This document shows, one piece after another, positions 37,570-52,200 of a DNA stretch of 64,000 bases. Origin of the DNA: Lama glama (lineage: Eukaryota); contig CM052816.1 of assembly GCA_028534125.1 (NCBI GenBank), forward strand, positions 88,848,001 through 88,912,000, in the 5' to 3' direction. The notes below the pieces were generated by a model. That model saw only the letters and a list, made by a program, of their open reading frames with translations, was not told the origin of the DNA and did not search any database. The position numbers and the translations under genes were made by a program. Positions within the stretch are counted from its first letter, which is position 1. Every line of letters starts with the position of its first letter.

Positions 37570-39099
37570 AGACAGATGTAGGTATTATTTTTGTATGCGC
37601 TGATTCTCTTTGGAAGAACTGCAGTGATTCCTAGAAATGCTTTCAAGGAACTGCCACTCCCCATACCCACCCCCGCTCAGCAGAAATGCTTTTAGATTTT
37701 ACAATATGTGACTGTGCTATATACACACTTAGTGTGTGCATGTGAAGTGAGTCACTTTTTCTTTTTCTTTTTCTTCCTCCTTTTTGTAATGAAGTGGGTG
37801 TATAGCTCAGGAAATAGGATTAAGTTGAATCTAGGAGTTCTGGGCAGAAAAATTAAAAAATTCCCTCTTAGCAAATATTTTTTACGCATATAATGTAGGA
37901 TGTTAAGCAAAATGTTGTTGGCAATTACATGTGACTTACTAGGTACTTTTTATGCTTTTCTTAACGTTATTATGTGTTCTTCAGATACCTTACAAAAAAT
38001 GTCTAATATGTTCATAAAAAGAAAGCTAAATACATTTAAAGAAATTTCTTCTTAGAAAGTAACATTATTAAGAAGCATCTTGTTTTAAAATGTCTTTTCT
38101 TCTTCATCCTGGACAAGAATTACCAGGCAGAGCAGGGTCATGCTGAATGCTAAAGTCTTGCTAATGCAGATATGACATACAATGACTGAAGGTGGTTTTA
38201 AGTCTTCATAGTGCTATCAAATGGGAATACATTTTTTTTTAGGTTTTGTACCACAGAATATAAGCTATTATTTAAAATCATTACATGGTGAGTCTAAGTG
38301 ATTCTGTTTGTACTGGAAATAAGATTCTGGACTTCTGTGAATAGCCTGGACTTGTCTTTATGCATAAAGATGTTTGATTGACTTATTTGATCAGTTCAAA
38401 ATAAATCAGTTTAAATGTTTACACAGAGCCAAGGAACTATATTAATTCAATAATTGTAAGTTTGGTATCCTGTCTATCCACAATTCACCACTTAACAAAA
38501 TCCATTACTATTTAAACCTGGTTAAAATTTACTTCCCCAACTCAGAATTTCTCAGGTAAAATTATTTCAGAACAAAGGTTTACCAAAGATATGCAAATGG
38601 TCATATTTAACCCTACATTAAAAAATGTCTAATATGGAACGATTATTTGTTTACAATTGATGGTCTAATGATGGAAAAACTTAGATTTGCATCTTAAGAC
38701 TTGAAGTCAGTTTAACCACAAACTGTTACGTGGCTTTAGTGAGCTACTTTACCTGCTGGAGCCTAAAAGGAGAATCGTAATATCTTTCTTTCAGGATCTT
38801 AACAAATACTGAGGGGATTCAATTGAAACCAGAGACCCACCTCTGTAACCGATTCTCTCCCCACTTTGCCAAAAATCAATTGGGCAATTGTTGTCTTACA
38901 ATTAAATAAACATCTTTTCATAGAATATCAAATCAGTATGATTTTCTTGGAAACTGTTACATACATTTGAAATCTCTCAGGAAACTAAAATAGGATTTCT
39001 TTTATAAAATAAACAGATTCCTTTGAATGGATCCAATTATAAAGGTTCCAACACTTCTGAACTCCTGATTCCTGCATAAGGCATTAACCCAGTCTCAAG

Positions 39100-39420
39100 T
39101 CAGGGCAGGATGCACTTCTCAGTCTCTACCCTGCTCCTCTCACCCTAGCAAGTCTTGCTGATTGTCCTTTAAAGAGTGTTCACGTCACTCTCAATGTTGT
39201 TCTGTGTGGTAATTCTCTAGTTTAGGGCCTTATCACCATCCCTTCCTTCTATTGCAATAGCTCCTTAATTTGTCTCCGTATCTTTGTCTTGCTGTCCTTA
39301 AATCCATCATTCAACCAAGGTCAAAGTGATTGCTCCAAAATGTAAATTTGACCATGCCCTGTCTTATCTCAAACCTCAGTCATTTCTCAACTAAGTTCAA
39401 ACTCCCTGACAGGGTGGAGG
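39100..39420 (+). mobile_element. L2 fragment
   Basis: 'ctattgcaatagctccttaatttgtctcc' and 'aaaatgtaaatttgaccatgcc' are L2-like. Confidence 0.55.
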
Positions 39421-39819
39421 TGGTCATATATAATCCCCTCCTGTTCTAAATGCAGCGTCCAATGGCTTTCCCTCAATTATTCAATTCTAGTCATCTTTAT
39501 TTAATGAGTTTACTGTGTACCAGTCAGTGATTCTGATGATGCAACGAGAGGACTTCAGTTTTCTTCAGGCTCTAAGCTTCCACTGGTGCTGGAAGGGCTA
39601 TCAGTGTCCGTGCATGTTTTTCCTGGAAGAAGAAAAATGCGTAACTCTGCCTTCTCTTTACCTGGGTCATTTACCCCAGGGTGTGCTGAGAAATGACGTG
39701 AGGGGTGATGGAACTTCTCCACCTTGACAAAATATCATCTTGCTTCCATTTGCTGTAATAGCAGTGAATTCCCAAAGCACCAGCTCCTCTTCAGTAACAC
39801 AACCCAATGGGTGGACAGT

Positions 39820-40219
39820 TGTTAAGAACTCAATTGGAGGTCTGTGTCTTCTCAAAATTCATGTGTTGAAGTCCTGATCTCCACGGTGATGGGATTTGAG
39901 GTGGAGCCTTTGGGAGGTAATTTGGTTATTATGGGGTCATGATAGTACAGCCCCATGGTAGAATCAGTGCCTTCATAAGACGAAGAGACACCCGAGCTCG
40001 CTCTCTCTCTGCCCCGAGGAAGGGTATCTGAGCACACACTGAGAAGGTGCTGTCTACAAGCAGGAAGAGACCCCTCCCCAAGAAGTGAGTCTGCAGGCAC
40101 CTTGAGCTTGGACTTCTCAGCCTGCAGCTGTGGGAAAATAAATGTCTTGTTTAAGCCACTCAGTCCATGGCATTTTGTTATCCTGCCCCCCCACCCCCCC
40201 ACCGAAACTGATGAAGACA
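39820..40219 (+). mobile_element. MaLR solo LTR, MLT1A-like
   Basis: 'caaaattcatgtgttgaagtcct', 'ggtggagcctttgggaggtaatt', 'gcaggcaccttgagcttggacttctcagcct', 'aaataaatgtcttgtttaagccactcagtccatggcattttgttat'; TG...CA ends. Confidence 0.92.
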
Positions 40220-41059
40220 GCAATCATCTGTCATAAGCCCTGTATTACTCCCGTGGGCGCCTGGAGAAAGGGGCTTGTGTGAACTGGAGTCTCTGGCTAC
40301 ACCTTTTGTTCCCTGCAATGAAGTATCTTGTCTCTGTTCCGTGAGTCTCATGTTTTCTGCCAAGATTTGTAAGATTTTGAGATAGCAGTAAAGTAGGTTA
40401 TGAGATGCTAAGAACCCTTAAGTCACAGGTCCTCACAGTCCTGAGAACAAGTTTCTGTTTATTCTCATGATGCTTCCTATGCTTGGAATAAAACAGCATA
40501 GACCCTGACCTTAGTTCCAAACCTTTTTTTGACAACATAAGTAATTTCTGAAATCTTTTTAGGAACTATATTTTATATAACAGTCTTTTAAAAAATGTGA
40601 ATATTGCAGATTACCTATAGGAAGCTTAGTTACTTTTGTGATCTTCATGTTATATGAATTTTCTCCAAAAAATTAAAGTAATGTGGGTGCAACCCGGTTC
40701 TATCTCGATGAGAATGACAATAAAAAATGAAAGGTAGACTGCTACTGTAAAACAAAGTTAAACCAATTGATAAGGGAGCAATAGACTTTGTGTTGTCAAC
40801 CATCCTCACCCTACTGAAGACAAATCCAAAACAGAAGTTCTAATAGGAAATAATGTGTGCCTATGGCCAAGGCACATAGGAGGGCTATGGTTTTAGAAGC
40901 CAAAGGATAGATTCATTTTATACAGGCCCAGTTAACTGCCTGACAATATTTACCATATTTATTATTTATCTTTTCTTTTTCTGCTTCAGAAGAGGATAGT
41001 ATTTTGTTGTCTGAATGATTTGCCACATTTAAAAAGTATTACTTTTTTTCCTGCCTTAG

Positions 41060-41300
41060 ATAACAGCTGTTATTGGATGCTTCCATCTGTCAGACTCATT
41101 GATAAGCATTTTACAAATATTTTCTTATTAGATCTTAACGATTTCTATGAAAATAGGATCTATTATTATCTATACATTTTAAATGAGGAAATTGAGATTT
41201 GAAGAGAATATTAATTTGCCTAAGGATACAGAACCTGGTTACAACAGGGCTGGGATATGAACACAGGCAAGCTGATTACTATCAGGGCATCTAACCACAA
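41060..41300 (-). mobile_element. MIR SINE
   Basis: Antisense core 'cattttaaatgaggaaattgagattt...aatttgcctaaggatacag...gggctgggatatgaacacaggc'. Confidence 0.8.
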
Positions 41301-42812
41301 AACTTAATGTTTCTTTCTTCCTTACATTGGAAAACAACAAGAAACAAAAACATAAAACAAACAAAAGAGGGATTCTCTCCTTGAAATGCTAATCGCAAGC
41401 CTAATATGTACTTGTTTTTTTTTAATTCTGCACTAAAGCTAAACAAAGCATGGGATATTCTTTTTCTAGCTTATTTGCTGTATGAACAATTTTGCAACAT
41501 TTCTTAAATGGGAAATAAAGATGAAAAATTAAAGTGGATCTTGAATTAATTTCATGGACTTACAGCCTCTAAAAACATCACCAGGCATGTCATCCCAAAG
41601 GTCACAGAAACAGAAAAACTCACAGATCAAATTATATTGCTCAGATTCCATCAACTTCAAACACAGTTGGGGAGAAGAGATAGAGCAGGGGAAGGTACTT
41701 AGGACAGGGTGTGAGTGGAAAAGCATCGCGACCTGAGTCTGGGCTATATGATGGTAACGCCTCTGGCATCTCTCCACGGCATCAGCCTTCCGCACTGACG
41801 ATGTGCTTATGTGTCGAGTTTGAGCAAAGGTGAGGGCAGCGAATGACACACACTTGCCTTAATGGTTAGACACAGGCACAATACACCCACCCACAGCTGC
41901 TTTCACCAAATGGGTGGCTGCCTTAGGATGGCAGAGCTATCAGCCCAGCTGTGGAGTAATTATGGCTGGAATTTTCCCATCATGTCCTTTGTTACCTTGT
42001 AATTCTTCTTTCTTATCTTTGGTGTATTTTACAAATTGCTATTACTACACTAACTTACTGTATGAGTTTAATAAATCAAATAAGTACCACCCATGTTTTA
42101 TAAGCCCCTTGCTTAGACATTTCATATAATTAACATGCTTGATGTATTTCATAAACTTTATTTCATAAACTACTAGTTTAATTTCTATAGAAGTTTAAGT
42201 TTTCTTTTGAGTCTTCTTCAACCTGTTTATTGCCTGTTCTCCATGGAAGAATTGAATATTCTAAAATAATACAGAAAATGCATATTACAACTCTGTTTAA
42301 CATGCTGCACATTTTTAACAAGAATAATCCCACAATAATACCCATTATTTTTAGAAACATTTATATTTTGATTATATATATTTTTACATATTTTGAAGAG
42401 CACCTGCTGTCTCAAATTCTGTTCAATATCTTTCTCCAGGGATTCCAGATGATTTCTAACTATCCACACAATAAAATCTTAGCACCTTGATTGTCCTTGT
42501 CTTTGAGAGCGCTACACACTGGATATTGTTAATGAAGTAGAGCTGATACATTTCTTTCCATAGGCTTCTTAAGGGACTATGTATAGAAATAAATTGGAAA
42601 AATAGTATCTCTTCTAATCAATTATGTTTTTCTGATGACATAGATTTTTATAACTATCAATTATTCTGTGTTACAAAGTGTTGGTCTTCACTAACCCAAT
42701 TTGCAGTGATACTAATTTACCTTACAATGAAAATGTTCAGTTTGAGGTGAATTGAAAATAAGGGAACAAATTTAAACTTGAATTCATATATTTAGAAGTC
42801 TAGTAAATTTAA

Positions 42813-42966
42813 ATTTTTATTTTTTCCAGCTTTGAGATATGATTGACATATATTATATAACTTTAAAGTGTACAAGTTGATGCTTTGCTACATTTGTATA
42901 TGGCAAGATGACTACCAAAATAAGGTTAGATAATATATGCATCACCTCACACAATTACCTTCTTTG
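42813..42966 (-). mobile_element. Short LINE-1 3' end, L1MA-like
   Basis: 'cagctttgagatatgattgacata...tttaaagtgtacaagttgatg...catcacctcacacaattacc'. Confidence 0.8.
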
Positions 42967-43174
42967 AAATCCTGAGTCCAAAATAATTTTACAGTCAGTT
43001 ACAAATTTCAGTCATTAAATTTTATGTTCAACAGCTCAGAAAATCTTTCCCAGATTCTAAAAAGAATTCTGTGTCCTCTAATTCATCCATGATGAATGTT
43101 TAAACTCTTTTGACTGGACTTGCTTTGGAAATCAAAACTTCTCAGTAATGACTGAAAAGACCTTGTCACAATCC

Positions 43175-43281
43175 TCCATTCAGTCAACAAACACTAGTTG
43201 ATCACCTGCTATATGCCATGCACCGTGATATGTACTGAAAAAAACCAACACAAGTCCTGCTCTCAGGAAATGTACTGAGTA

Positions 43282-43331
<50 letters not shown>

Positions 43332-43520
43332 AGTAATTACAGTAAAAATAATAAGTGTTTTCATACAAGCATCCTGAGGGCTAGAGGAGGACACAGCAGG
43401 GTAGTGAATGCCTGACCCAACCTGTTTCTTATGTGTCAGTGTATGAAGATGCAAATGACAGGAGGTGACCTGCAGCAGCTGCATCCATAGATATCAGAGA
43501 TGGGTTCAGAGTGTAACTGT
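43175..43520 (-). mobile_element. L2 3' end containing an (AAAT)n tract
   Basis: 'cattcagtcaacaaacactagttgatcacctgctatatgcca' is the antisense L2 terminus. Confidence 0.7.
43287..43331. repeat. (AAAT)n tetranucleotide microsatellite
   Basis: Directly visible, about 11 units. Confidence 0.97.
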
Positions 43521-44689
43521 GTTAATTTCCTTTTAATATGAATTATTTTGTTTGGTTTTATTTTTGCATTGGTGGTAGGTGATTTCATAGTTGCTTAATG
43601 CAAGAAGTTGGGTTTCATGGAAAAATGTGGAAAGTACTTACCGTATAATCCCATATGAAATCATACAACATGATAAGACTCTTGGTAGAACAAAATACTT
43701 TAAATATACATTTAGTTTCTGAAGGTTAAAAAAAACTTAGGCATACCATTGTGTTGATTTTCAAAATGTGGAAATGTGTGGAAACACAAGATTGAATCTT
43801 AGCAAGTAAGGCAAATATTTCTGCTATTGTCTTATGATATGATAAATTATCCACATTTTGCCATGAGTAAGTAAATGATATTTTCTAATATTTTATTCTT
43901 TGTATATAAATTTGGAAGATATATAATGAGGTTTGCTTATTTTTGCCATACTCTTTGTGGTAGTAATTTTTAGTCATCTATAAAATTTAAATTATATTAT
44001 TTTTTCTAACTAAATCCACAAGAATTAGTTGTACACCTACAAAAATGTGTCTGAATGCTAATATGTATAAACACAGACACATATAGTGTAGACTTTTCAC
44101 CTTTAAAAAATGTTTTGAATATCTTGCTTTTAATGACATAGTAAAAACTATTATATTTAAAAATATGATCTAGACTAATTATAAACTATTAATCCATATT
44201 TAGAAAGATGTTATGACATTGAATCACAATTTAAATTTTAAACCTTTATTATATTTCTTGAATTTCTATATAACTTGTTTCAAGTCCTGAGTATATATGT
44301 TTAGTCATATTTTTCTGAATTCATGAACAGAATACTAAACATAAAATTATTAATTTTCTTATTATTCAGCATAAATAAAAACCTTAAAACTGCAGCAACT
44401 ATACCGTTTCAAGAAAAACAATTACTACCTGATATTCAACAATTTGCCTCCAAAAAAAAAAAAAGAAAAAAACCAGGTACTCTATAAAATGAAATGTTAC
44501 TTATGATAGAAATCAGATTTTTATTGTAGGGAGGAGATGTAAGCTGGACACAAGACATATGTTAGCAACTACATTGATACATCAAGTTAAAAGAAGATAT
44601 GTTTTATCAAAATTTTAATAAATGTGCCAAAGAATTCATGGTATCGTAAATTTACTCCCATTTTCTCAAGCACATAGAATAATGACCTG

Positions 44690-45125
44690 AAAATCACTCA
44701 TAATTTTTCTCTGTAAAGGTAAGGAATTCCTTTAGCACCATATAACAGGAAACTCTGCTTGGACTTTCCTACATGCTTCTTACTCAGTTTCTCAGGATAG
44801 CTGCAGCAATTCCAGATATCATACTTAAGTTTAGGGCAGTAAAATCTTGACAAGAAGGAAGGGCTTCGCTGGCTGCATCTCTTCCTTTTTCATTGTTATG
44901 ATTATTGTTTTGATTAATTAGAAAAGCCAAAGCTTTTCATAAGTTCTCCCCCTACACCTCCCTTCCTCCACCCCCTGCAAATTTCTGCTTATGCTCACTA
45001 GAACTGGATCACATGCCATGTCCAGCTGTAAGGGGTCTATGAAAATAAGTACTGTATTTGTCTTCCCAGCATCAGTGAGCGAGGTGAGAAGCAAATGTTT
45101 GGGTACCAGCAGAGTCTGATAAGTG
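44690..45125 (-). mobile_element. Old MaLR LTR (MLT1I/J/K-like)
   Basis: 'gatagctgcagcaattccagatatcatac' and 'agaactggatcacatgccatgtccagctgtaagggg' are old MLT1 motifs. Confidence 0.55.
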
Positions 45126-46619
45126 TCAGGCAGGATCCCAACAGAGATATTTTTTTGGCAAACATTTTTTATGGTCTGAGATGCATAATTTTCTAAGTGA
45201 AGGTGGATGTCAGTCACAATTCACCTTTTAAGTAAAATAATTTCTTTGGCTATAGCAAAAATATTTTTATAAAATTAAAGAAAATTTGCTTTCCAAATGT
45301 TTGCATAAAACAAAGAAAGCATTTTTGTTATGCTTGAAGAAGGTTAGAGATTATTTAAAGCACAGTACAATTATATGTACAAATTTATGTTTGATATAGT
45401 TTCCTTGATATGTAGCTATAGATTTATAGATATTTTAAGTAACATATGTTAAAGATAAAGTGTAAAGGAGATTTGAAAAAACCCTCAAACCACTCATGTT
45501 TACTTTCAAAATAACTCATGCATGAATGAATAGAAAGACAACATTTTCAAATGGTATGATACTTTCTGCTCTTCAAATAAATGATTAATAGAATTAAAGT
45601 CAAGTTTTTTCAGATAAATTAAACTTGATAAAAACAAAAGAAGACAAAGGGAACTGGAGTACCAAGTGTTGGTGGGGGAAGAGTTTATGTTGATAACTTT
45701 GCTGAATGAAGAGGGAGAAAGTAAAAGAGAAGGACACTGATGAACAATGGATATTGGGTCAGTGAGTCAGCGATGGTGAGGAGACCCAACAAAAGAAAAT
45801 GAAATAGGAAATACATACCACAGCCGTAATCCGCAGTAGACCCACTCACCTTTCCCACTATTCAAGGGTTTATCAGCTCCTTTCACAAAATTTCCCACTT
45901 ATTTCTCAGATCAAGTGAAATGGACATACTACCCTCTGGAAGAATCTCTTCTCACTTAACTAACTCTCCCTGCATGATTGTAACCATGTCCATTGTGTCT
46001 TCTACTACCTCAGTGCAGATAATCCAGGCTAACATTACCTTTTTGGACAGTACGGTGGGATCACTATTTTGTCCACTTCTGCTTACTCTGATGTTTTGTG
46101 ACTAGCAGACACAGGAGTATCAAAAACAAAGAAATAAGATGTCCTCCAGGCATGCTATAGTACTTCCTTCTTTTTCTAAATCTTGGGTTGTCCAGCCTGG
46201 TTTGTCAACTTGATTTTGGTTTTATTTCTGAACTCACAAAATTAAATTTTTATTTTCAGTGAAATAAGAAATTCTCTTAGAGAGCTATAGAAGTTTGCTT
46301 GTTCTTTTTCTGTCAATGGAGCTAAGAGTTTAAAGCCTTGAGCTTGTCCTTTATTTTCTGCATGCTCTCATGCAGTCAGAAGAAGATACCCTCCCCTGTG
46401 TGCATCAAAAGCAGACTCTTGATTCCACAGTGTCTTGATCATAATCGACCACAGGTGAAAATTTAATTACATGATGCCTGGCATCCCCTAAATCACTGAT
46501 TTCTCATTTCCCAGTGATAAGCAGTGAGGCACAGTGTTCAAGGCCAATGACACAGCAAAACCAATCCATCAATCTCATTTATGAAGCTGTGCTTCCTGGG
46601 CATATGCTTGATGCCAATA

Positions 46620-47345
46620 TGGTATCAAACTCAGGGTCCATTTAGGAATCGATAAATCATCTAAATATGCAGCAGAAATAATTTAGAATACTCAATTGGA
46701 TAAAAAAGTTGTTGGAAAGTGGAAAGATCAAAATAGTGACATGCTTAAGACTTGAGGCACAAAGGAAAGGGATGGAACTTGCAGAGTATGGAGACTCAGA
46801 GAAGGTGCCTTGCAGAATTGAGACTCAGATCTCTGAGAAGGGGTCCTGCAGCTGCAGCTAAGAGTACAGGAGTTTAGTGAAGGGGATTTCAACTTTCAAG
46901 TTTGGCTGCAAACTTTGAAAAGGAGACACTGCTTGGCTATACTTGACACCTTAGAAGATCACAGATCGGACACCACAGAGTTTGGGTCCAAACCTCTGGA
47001 AATGGACCATCTCCCAGGGACTGCTAGTTATCTTTGAAGGCAGACAGTGATGTTCGTTCCTGAAAAGCTAAAGTTGCTGGAGAGTGGGGATAAGTGTTAC
47101 TGCTGGGTGAAAGGCCATTGCTGGAGAGAGGATGGAGTGATGATGCCTGGAGGTACAGGTAAACAGAAGGAATAAGCCTTTTCAACTCCCTCTTCCTGCC
47201 TTCCAGTTTTAATCTACTACCCCAAACTGGTGAAACTTAACAAGCAGCCCTGTGAAAAAATGAGAAATATAGTGTCCATGGTTCCAACCACATCATTACA
47301 AAGCAGAGTATAGATTGGTCAATTCAGAGATGAGTGATATACTTT
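46620..47345 (-). mobile_element. Old ERV LTR, LTR78/79-like
   Basis: Starts 'tcagggtccatttagga'. Distal 'cttcctgccttccagttttaatctactaccccaaactggtgaaacttaaca' and 'catcattacaaagcagagtataga' resemble recalled old LTR consensus. Confidence 0.5.
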
Positions 47346-48236
47346 AAGATAAACGTACTGTAGCTTTTAAATGGTATTTGTATATAAAATTGAAAAGGAG
47401 TCAGCTCAAGATCAAAGAAAGTCATAAGGAATGAGTAAGGTTGGGAAGTGAGAAAGAGAATGGTCATCAAAATATTTATATGTAAGATGGAGGTAGAAAA
47501 AAACAAAAAAACAAAAAAACAAAAACAAAAACAAACCCCCCCAAAACAGGATATTGAAACAAACATCCAAGGAAAGAAGGGATGGAGGAGGAAGAAATTT
47601 AACAAGGAAGGGAAAAAGTATAAATTAACAGAAAGAATGAAAAGAAGAAAAATAATTCAAAGGAAGGAAAGCATTTCAAGATAACAAAGGCAAAAGCTAA
47701 AAAGGAACTTCCAAATTTTGACCTGTCAACCTGTTTTCAACTAGGAGAGTAAGCCATCTCTATAAAATAAGTTGTCTGACTTTTAAAACCATTCAGCCAC
47801 GAGCAGGAAATTTCTTAGCAGTTTCTTTTTTGATATATGCAAGACTGCACTACAGGCAAATGTTAATTTGCCTCCTTCTTGCTAACTTATTCTTGACTGC
47901 GTTTAAACTGTCATAAAATATTTGTGACTGTGTTCATGAAAGGATAAATAATGGTTATTATACAATTCACCCAGACATTTTAATCCTTCTTCCACGTACC
48001 TTTTTGAATCTCAGAAAAGCCAAAGACATTTATTTTATTTGTTGTGTTACTAAAGTTTGAAAAGCATTGTTAGGAAGTAAAGTGCTATAGATGAGTGCGT
48101 TTTTGTGCGTAGTGGGAGACTGCCATTGTATTGGAGTTTCTGGGGGGAAATAAGCATTTTTAACAAACATTTTTCTCGAAGGCTGGATGTGATTCTCCAA
48201 CTTCTTTTAAAGTACAAAGAACCTTTTCTTGAGGAC

Positions 48237-48639
48237 GATGGACAAAAACTTCATCCTTGACCAGACTCTGATTTCAGGGTCCTCTGAGCCCTCTTCACTA
48301 CTAAGCGTCATCTTTGCCCCATGTCCCTTGTCTTGACCCCCTGACCTTGGCCGGTTTTGGGAAAGAATCCTGATGAACCAGTTGACTGAGAATCCTCCCA
48401 CACTTCATATCTAGTCAAGCTCCTCTTTCCCCATCCTGCACACTAACCAAGGTGCTCTTAAGTAATTTTCCATTGACTTACTCTTTTTCATTGGCTATGA
48501 ATCCCCACTTGTCCTTGTTGTACTTGTAGTTGAGTTCAGTCTCTCTTCCTATTTCAATAGTCTTGACCCCTATTAACATAGTCTTTGTAAGTCTTCCTTG
48601 CCATTTTTGACAAATGGAAGAATAATTTTCCGTCTATAC
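48237..48639 (+). mobile_element. ERV1 solo LTR, MER31-like
   Basis: 'tccttgaccagactctgatttcagggtcctctgagccctctt', 'aagaatcctgatgaaccagttgactgagaatcc' and 'ttggctatgaatccccacttgtccttgttgtacttgtagttgag' match recalled MER31. Confidence 0.8.
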
Positions 48640-49267
48640 TCCAAGTCATTATGAAGACCACATATTACTGAATGTGATGCATGCATCCTGATGTCAGTTT
48701 GTGTCTGTCACATATGCTGTTTCTCTGCAGAGCCAGTTCTAGGGAACTGTTCCTTGCAGGTCTCTTCCTTTTAATTTTCTTTTTCTAATCTGTAGTGTTT
48801 AAGAAACCAGATAATCAAAGTTGTTAAGTAAAGACATGAACTCTAAATGGTGTTCTAACATTCAGTCTTTGTAACAGAGATTTCTGTAATCCAGAAGTCA
48901 TTTTCCCCATTACCTTTAATTTGAGACTGTTTGGAAGGCAGGAACAGCAAAAAACACTAAAGTGAATGAAGAAAATGTTCCTCTATTAAAAACTGTGTGT
49001 AAAGGCACAAGAATCATGGAGATTTGATTGACCTTGGAGAGAAAGCCATGGATGGTCAACAAAGCTTAATATTTGTGGCTCTGTCTGCAAATGACCATTG
49101 TATATAAATGAATGCTACCTCATTTACAACCAACTCTTCCTTTTTTGCTGATGTGTTTGTCAGCGTATCAGTGATGTTCCTTGACTGCCAGATTGGCTGC
49201 ATCTCCACTTTGGAATTCTTTTTAGTTTTTTTTTCATATCAAATAAAGACTTATTGAACAGCAATGG

Positions 49268-49292
49268 ACACACACACACACACACACACACA
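49268..49292. repeat. (CA)n microsatellite
   Basis: Directly visible, about 12 units. Confidence 0.97.
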
Positions 49293-52200
49293 AAGGCTTA
49301 AAACATCGTATATGATTCTGATGAGCCAACCGGAGACTTAACTGTTGATGGTGAGGGAAAAAATTCCACTGGATTCCATATGTTCCCTCCCCTGCCAACC
49401 ATAGATGAGTTTTGAATCTCATAATTTATCTCAAGGATTAGGTAATCAGGTATAACTAAGAAAAGATCTTGTTAGAAGGTACAAATGTGTGCAAAAGAAA
49501 TAAGGTGGTGCTTCATCCAACTCTAATGTTTCTTCAACGTTCTGATCAGATAATAAACTTTCATTTATTAATTTATTAAGATAAATTGATACATGCTGGT
49601 AAGTGCTATGCACTATACAGGAATGGGTAAGGTGAATTATAGCACCGCAGTCTACTAGAGGAGATTGGCATGGCCACCAGATCAACTCACTTAGCGAGTT
49701 GCCCAATCTTAGTGAATGATGAGTAGATAAATGGGTTTTATTTTAAAGTGATTCTATTTTGTTCTTAAGGAATTAAAGACCTTCTCAAATGTACACTTCC
49801 AATTTGAAAATATGAACTTAATAAAAAATTTTAAAAATAACACTGCTGATTTTATGCTTAGATCAATACTCTTGCATGAATTGAGTTTGACAGTTTATAC
49901 AATTCTACTTCCCCTGCTTCGGTGGTTTCCCTGTACTTAAGCCTGTATCAGCCCAGTACTTGAAGTGAGTTTATTGTCACTTGCAAATTTTTGCCAATTT
50001 TGGCTTCCTTTCAGTTGAAGGACATCATGAGTGGAGAAAGATTTTCATATTTACTATTTCAGATATGGCCCCTTAAAGAGACATTTAATAGTATTAGAAT
50101 ATCCTTTTCTTATGTCTATTTGTATTTTTGTTTTCCTAAAGGATCTTATCCTTGAATCCAAAATTTCATCCTATTTTAAAACTCCAATAATGCCTGCCTT
50201 TTCCTTTTTTATTGAAATCAATCATCTGATTGCTCCCAGGTGCAAATTTCGCTTAACTCTCCAACTCAGAAGGGATTCTGAGAATTGTTTCCTGCATGTT
50301 ACACAATTCTCAAGCCCTCATTGGTATACAGGGTGCTGTACACAAATGCTGTGGCAACATAGATCGGTATTTTCTTGGTGTTTTTTTAATTAAATGGTGA
50401 AAAATTTCAAATCTGCTAAATGTAAGCTCCTTATAAAACATAGTATTATTTAATATTTAACTTAAGATATATTTAAGTTCTGAAACTTTTAATCCATTTT
50501 TCTTTTTTTTTTAAATCTCCTTGACTGCCACAGGTAAGGATATTAGTCTTTGATATTTGTATCTCATTTCTATTCAAGGAGATAAGAGCAGAACATGTAA
50601 ACTGATTTGTGAAGGATTTTGAAAATCTGTGAAGCATTTTTGTGTTAGATGTGTGTTTAAGCAGTTCATTTAAGATTCCCCATTTAATAGTTCACACAAG
50701 AAAAGCCATGCCTCTAACTTATTTAAACAAACAGTACATGAGTTTCAGATAAAGATTCTTCACACCTTTCAAAGTTTGTTTCTGAGTAAATACGTGGTTT
50801 TTATTAAGCAGCTAAAGTAATTCATGAAGGTTCTGAAAATACATTTGACATTGTAACAGGAATTCTCTCAGATATTCTGGCTTATCATCCCTTGGCATGG
50901 TCAAGTGTAACGTTGGCTGGGAATTCCTCAAATGTCTGCAACACAATTAGAAAATTTTTGATCTATAAGGTCTAGAAATAAAGGGAGACACTAGATTATT
51001 AGAGTTAGAAAGGGTTTTATATAAATTGTCATCCAAATCTCTCCTGTTACAAGTAGGAAAATTGATGTCTAAAGAGATTAAGTAGAGAACGAACCAGGAT
51101 TAGAGTTAACCAGGTGTATTTTTTTATTCTGTAGAAACTTAGTAGGCTCATTTAGTGCTTGATAGATGGAGAATAAAATCCTACGTTTCTTGTAATTCAA
51201 CATAAAATTCATGGGTGAGAGAATAGGAGAGAGAGGCAAACAGAAGGCTAGATTGTTTCTAAACTTTATAAGAACCACTCAAGACTTCAAGGTCAACAAT
51301 AGAATTTCCTGATTAAAATACATTTACCAACTAAAGATAGAGAAATGAATACACAACTGAAATATGAGGAAAACAGACAAATACTATGAAAGCATGGAGT
51401 GATATGGAGGAGGTAATATTTAAGAACTAATCCTAAAAAAAGACACATAATTATAGACGGATTATTCTGAATTTCTTCTATTATTGATTCTTAAAGGACA
51501 GCCTAACATGTGCCTATACAAGTATTGACACTAATCATTCTCTGTAAGAAAACAATGCGTAGATGTTTGTCATTCACTCTCAGTTAAATACGCTGGGAAC
51601 CATAATTAAATAAACAAACAAACAAATGAACAAGAAAGCGTGCTTGGAGTGGTCCCTGGACATGTTAGAGTGAAGTCAGGTAGAGGCTTTATACAATCTG
51701 TGGCCACAAAGTCTGTCTTGACCAAATAAATTGTCATTGCAAACTGTGAAGTGTCATTTCGGGATACCAAAAATATAGTTCTGCCATTTATGATGGTTGT
51801 TCCTCTTAAAGCCAGGACCTAAAATATTTTTAACTGACCTCTTTCCACTTAGTTCCTTAGACACTATCATTTGCAAAAAAAATATATACAGTTATTTTGA
51901 TGGTAACTTAAAAAAAGAACCACCAAGTTACTTTTTGGCAGTGTCTGTATATTTGATACATTGAATCTGATTATTTGTCCCCACTCATCAGCCAGTTCAT
52001 CAATTGCTGGCACTTTTATTTGGCATAATCGCTGTTTCTCCTATGATTTGCTTTGCCAGGAGTGCAATGAGCTGTTCCTGTGAGGCTTCTTTCCGGCAAC
52101 AGTCAGTGACGGCTACATCAGTGGAGTCCAGGTGGTCGGCAGCAAGCGCTTTCTGCCTTGCTCAGTTTTGTTTGTTTTGTCTTTCTCTTATTCGCTAACT

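Noticed and set aside
41724..41800. HRDL peptide resembling a kinase catalytic loop
   Set aside because: Four-residue match followed by a stop within about 20 codons, with no other kinase motifs.
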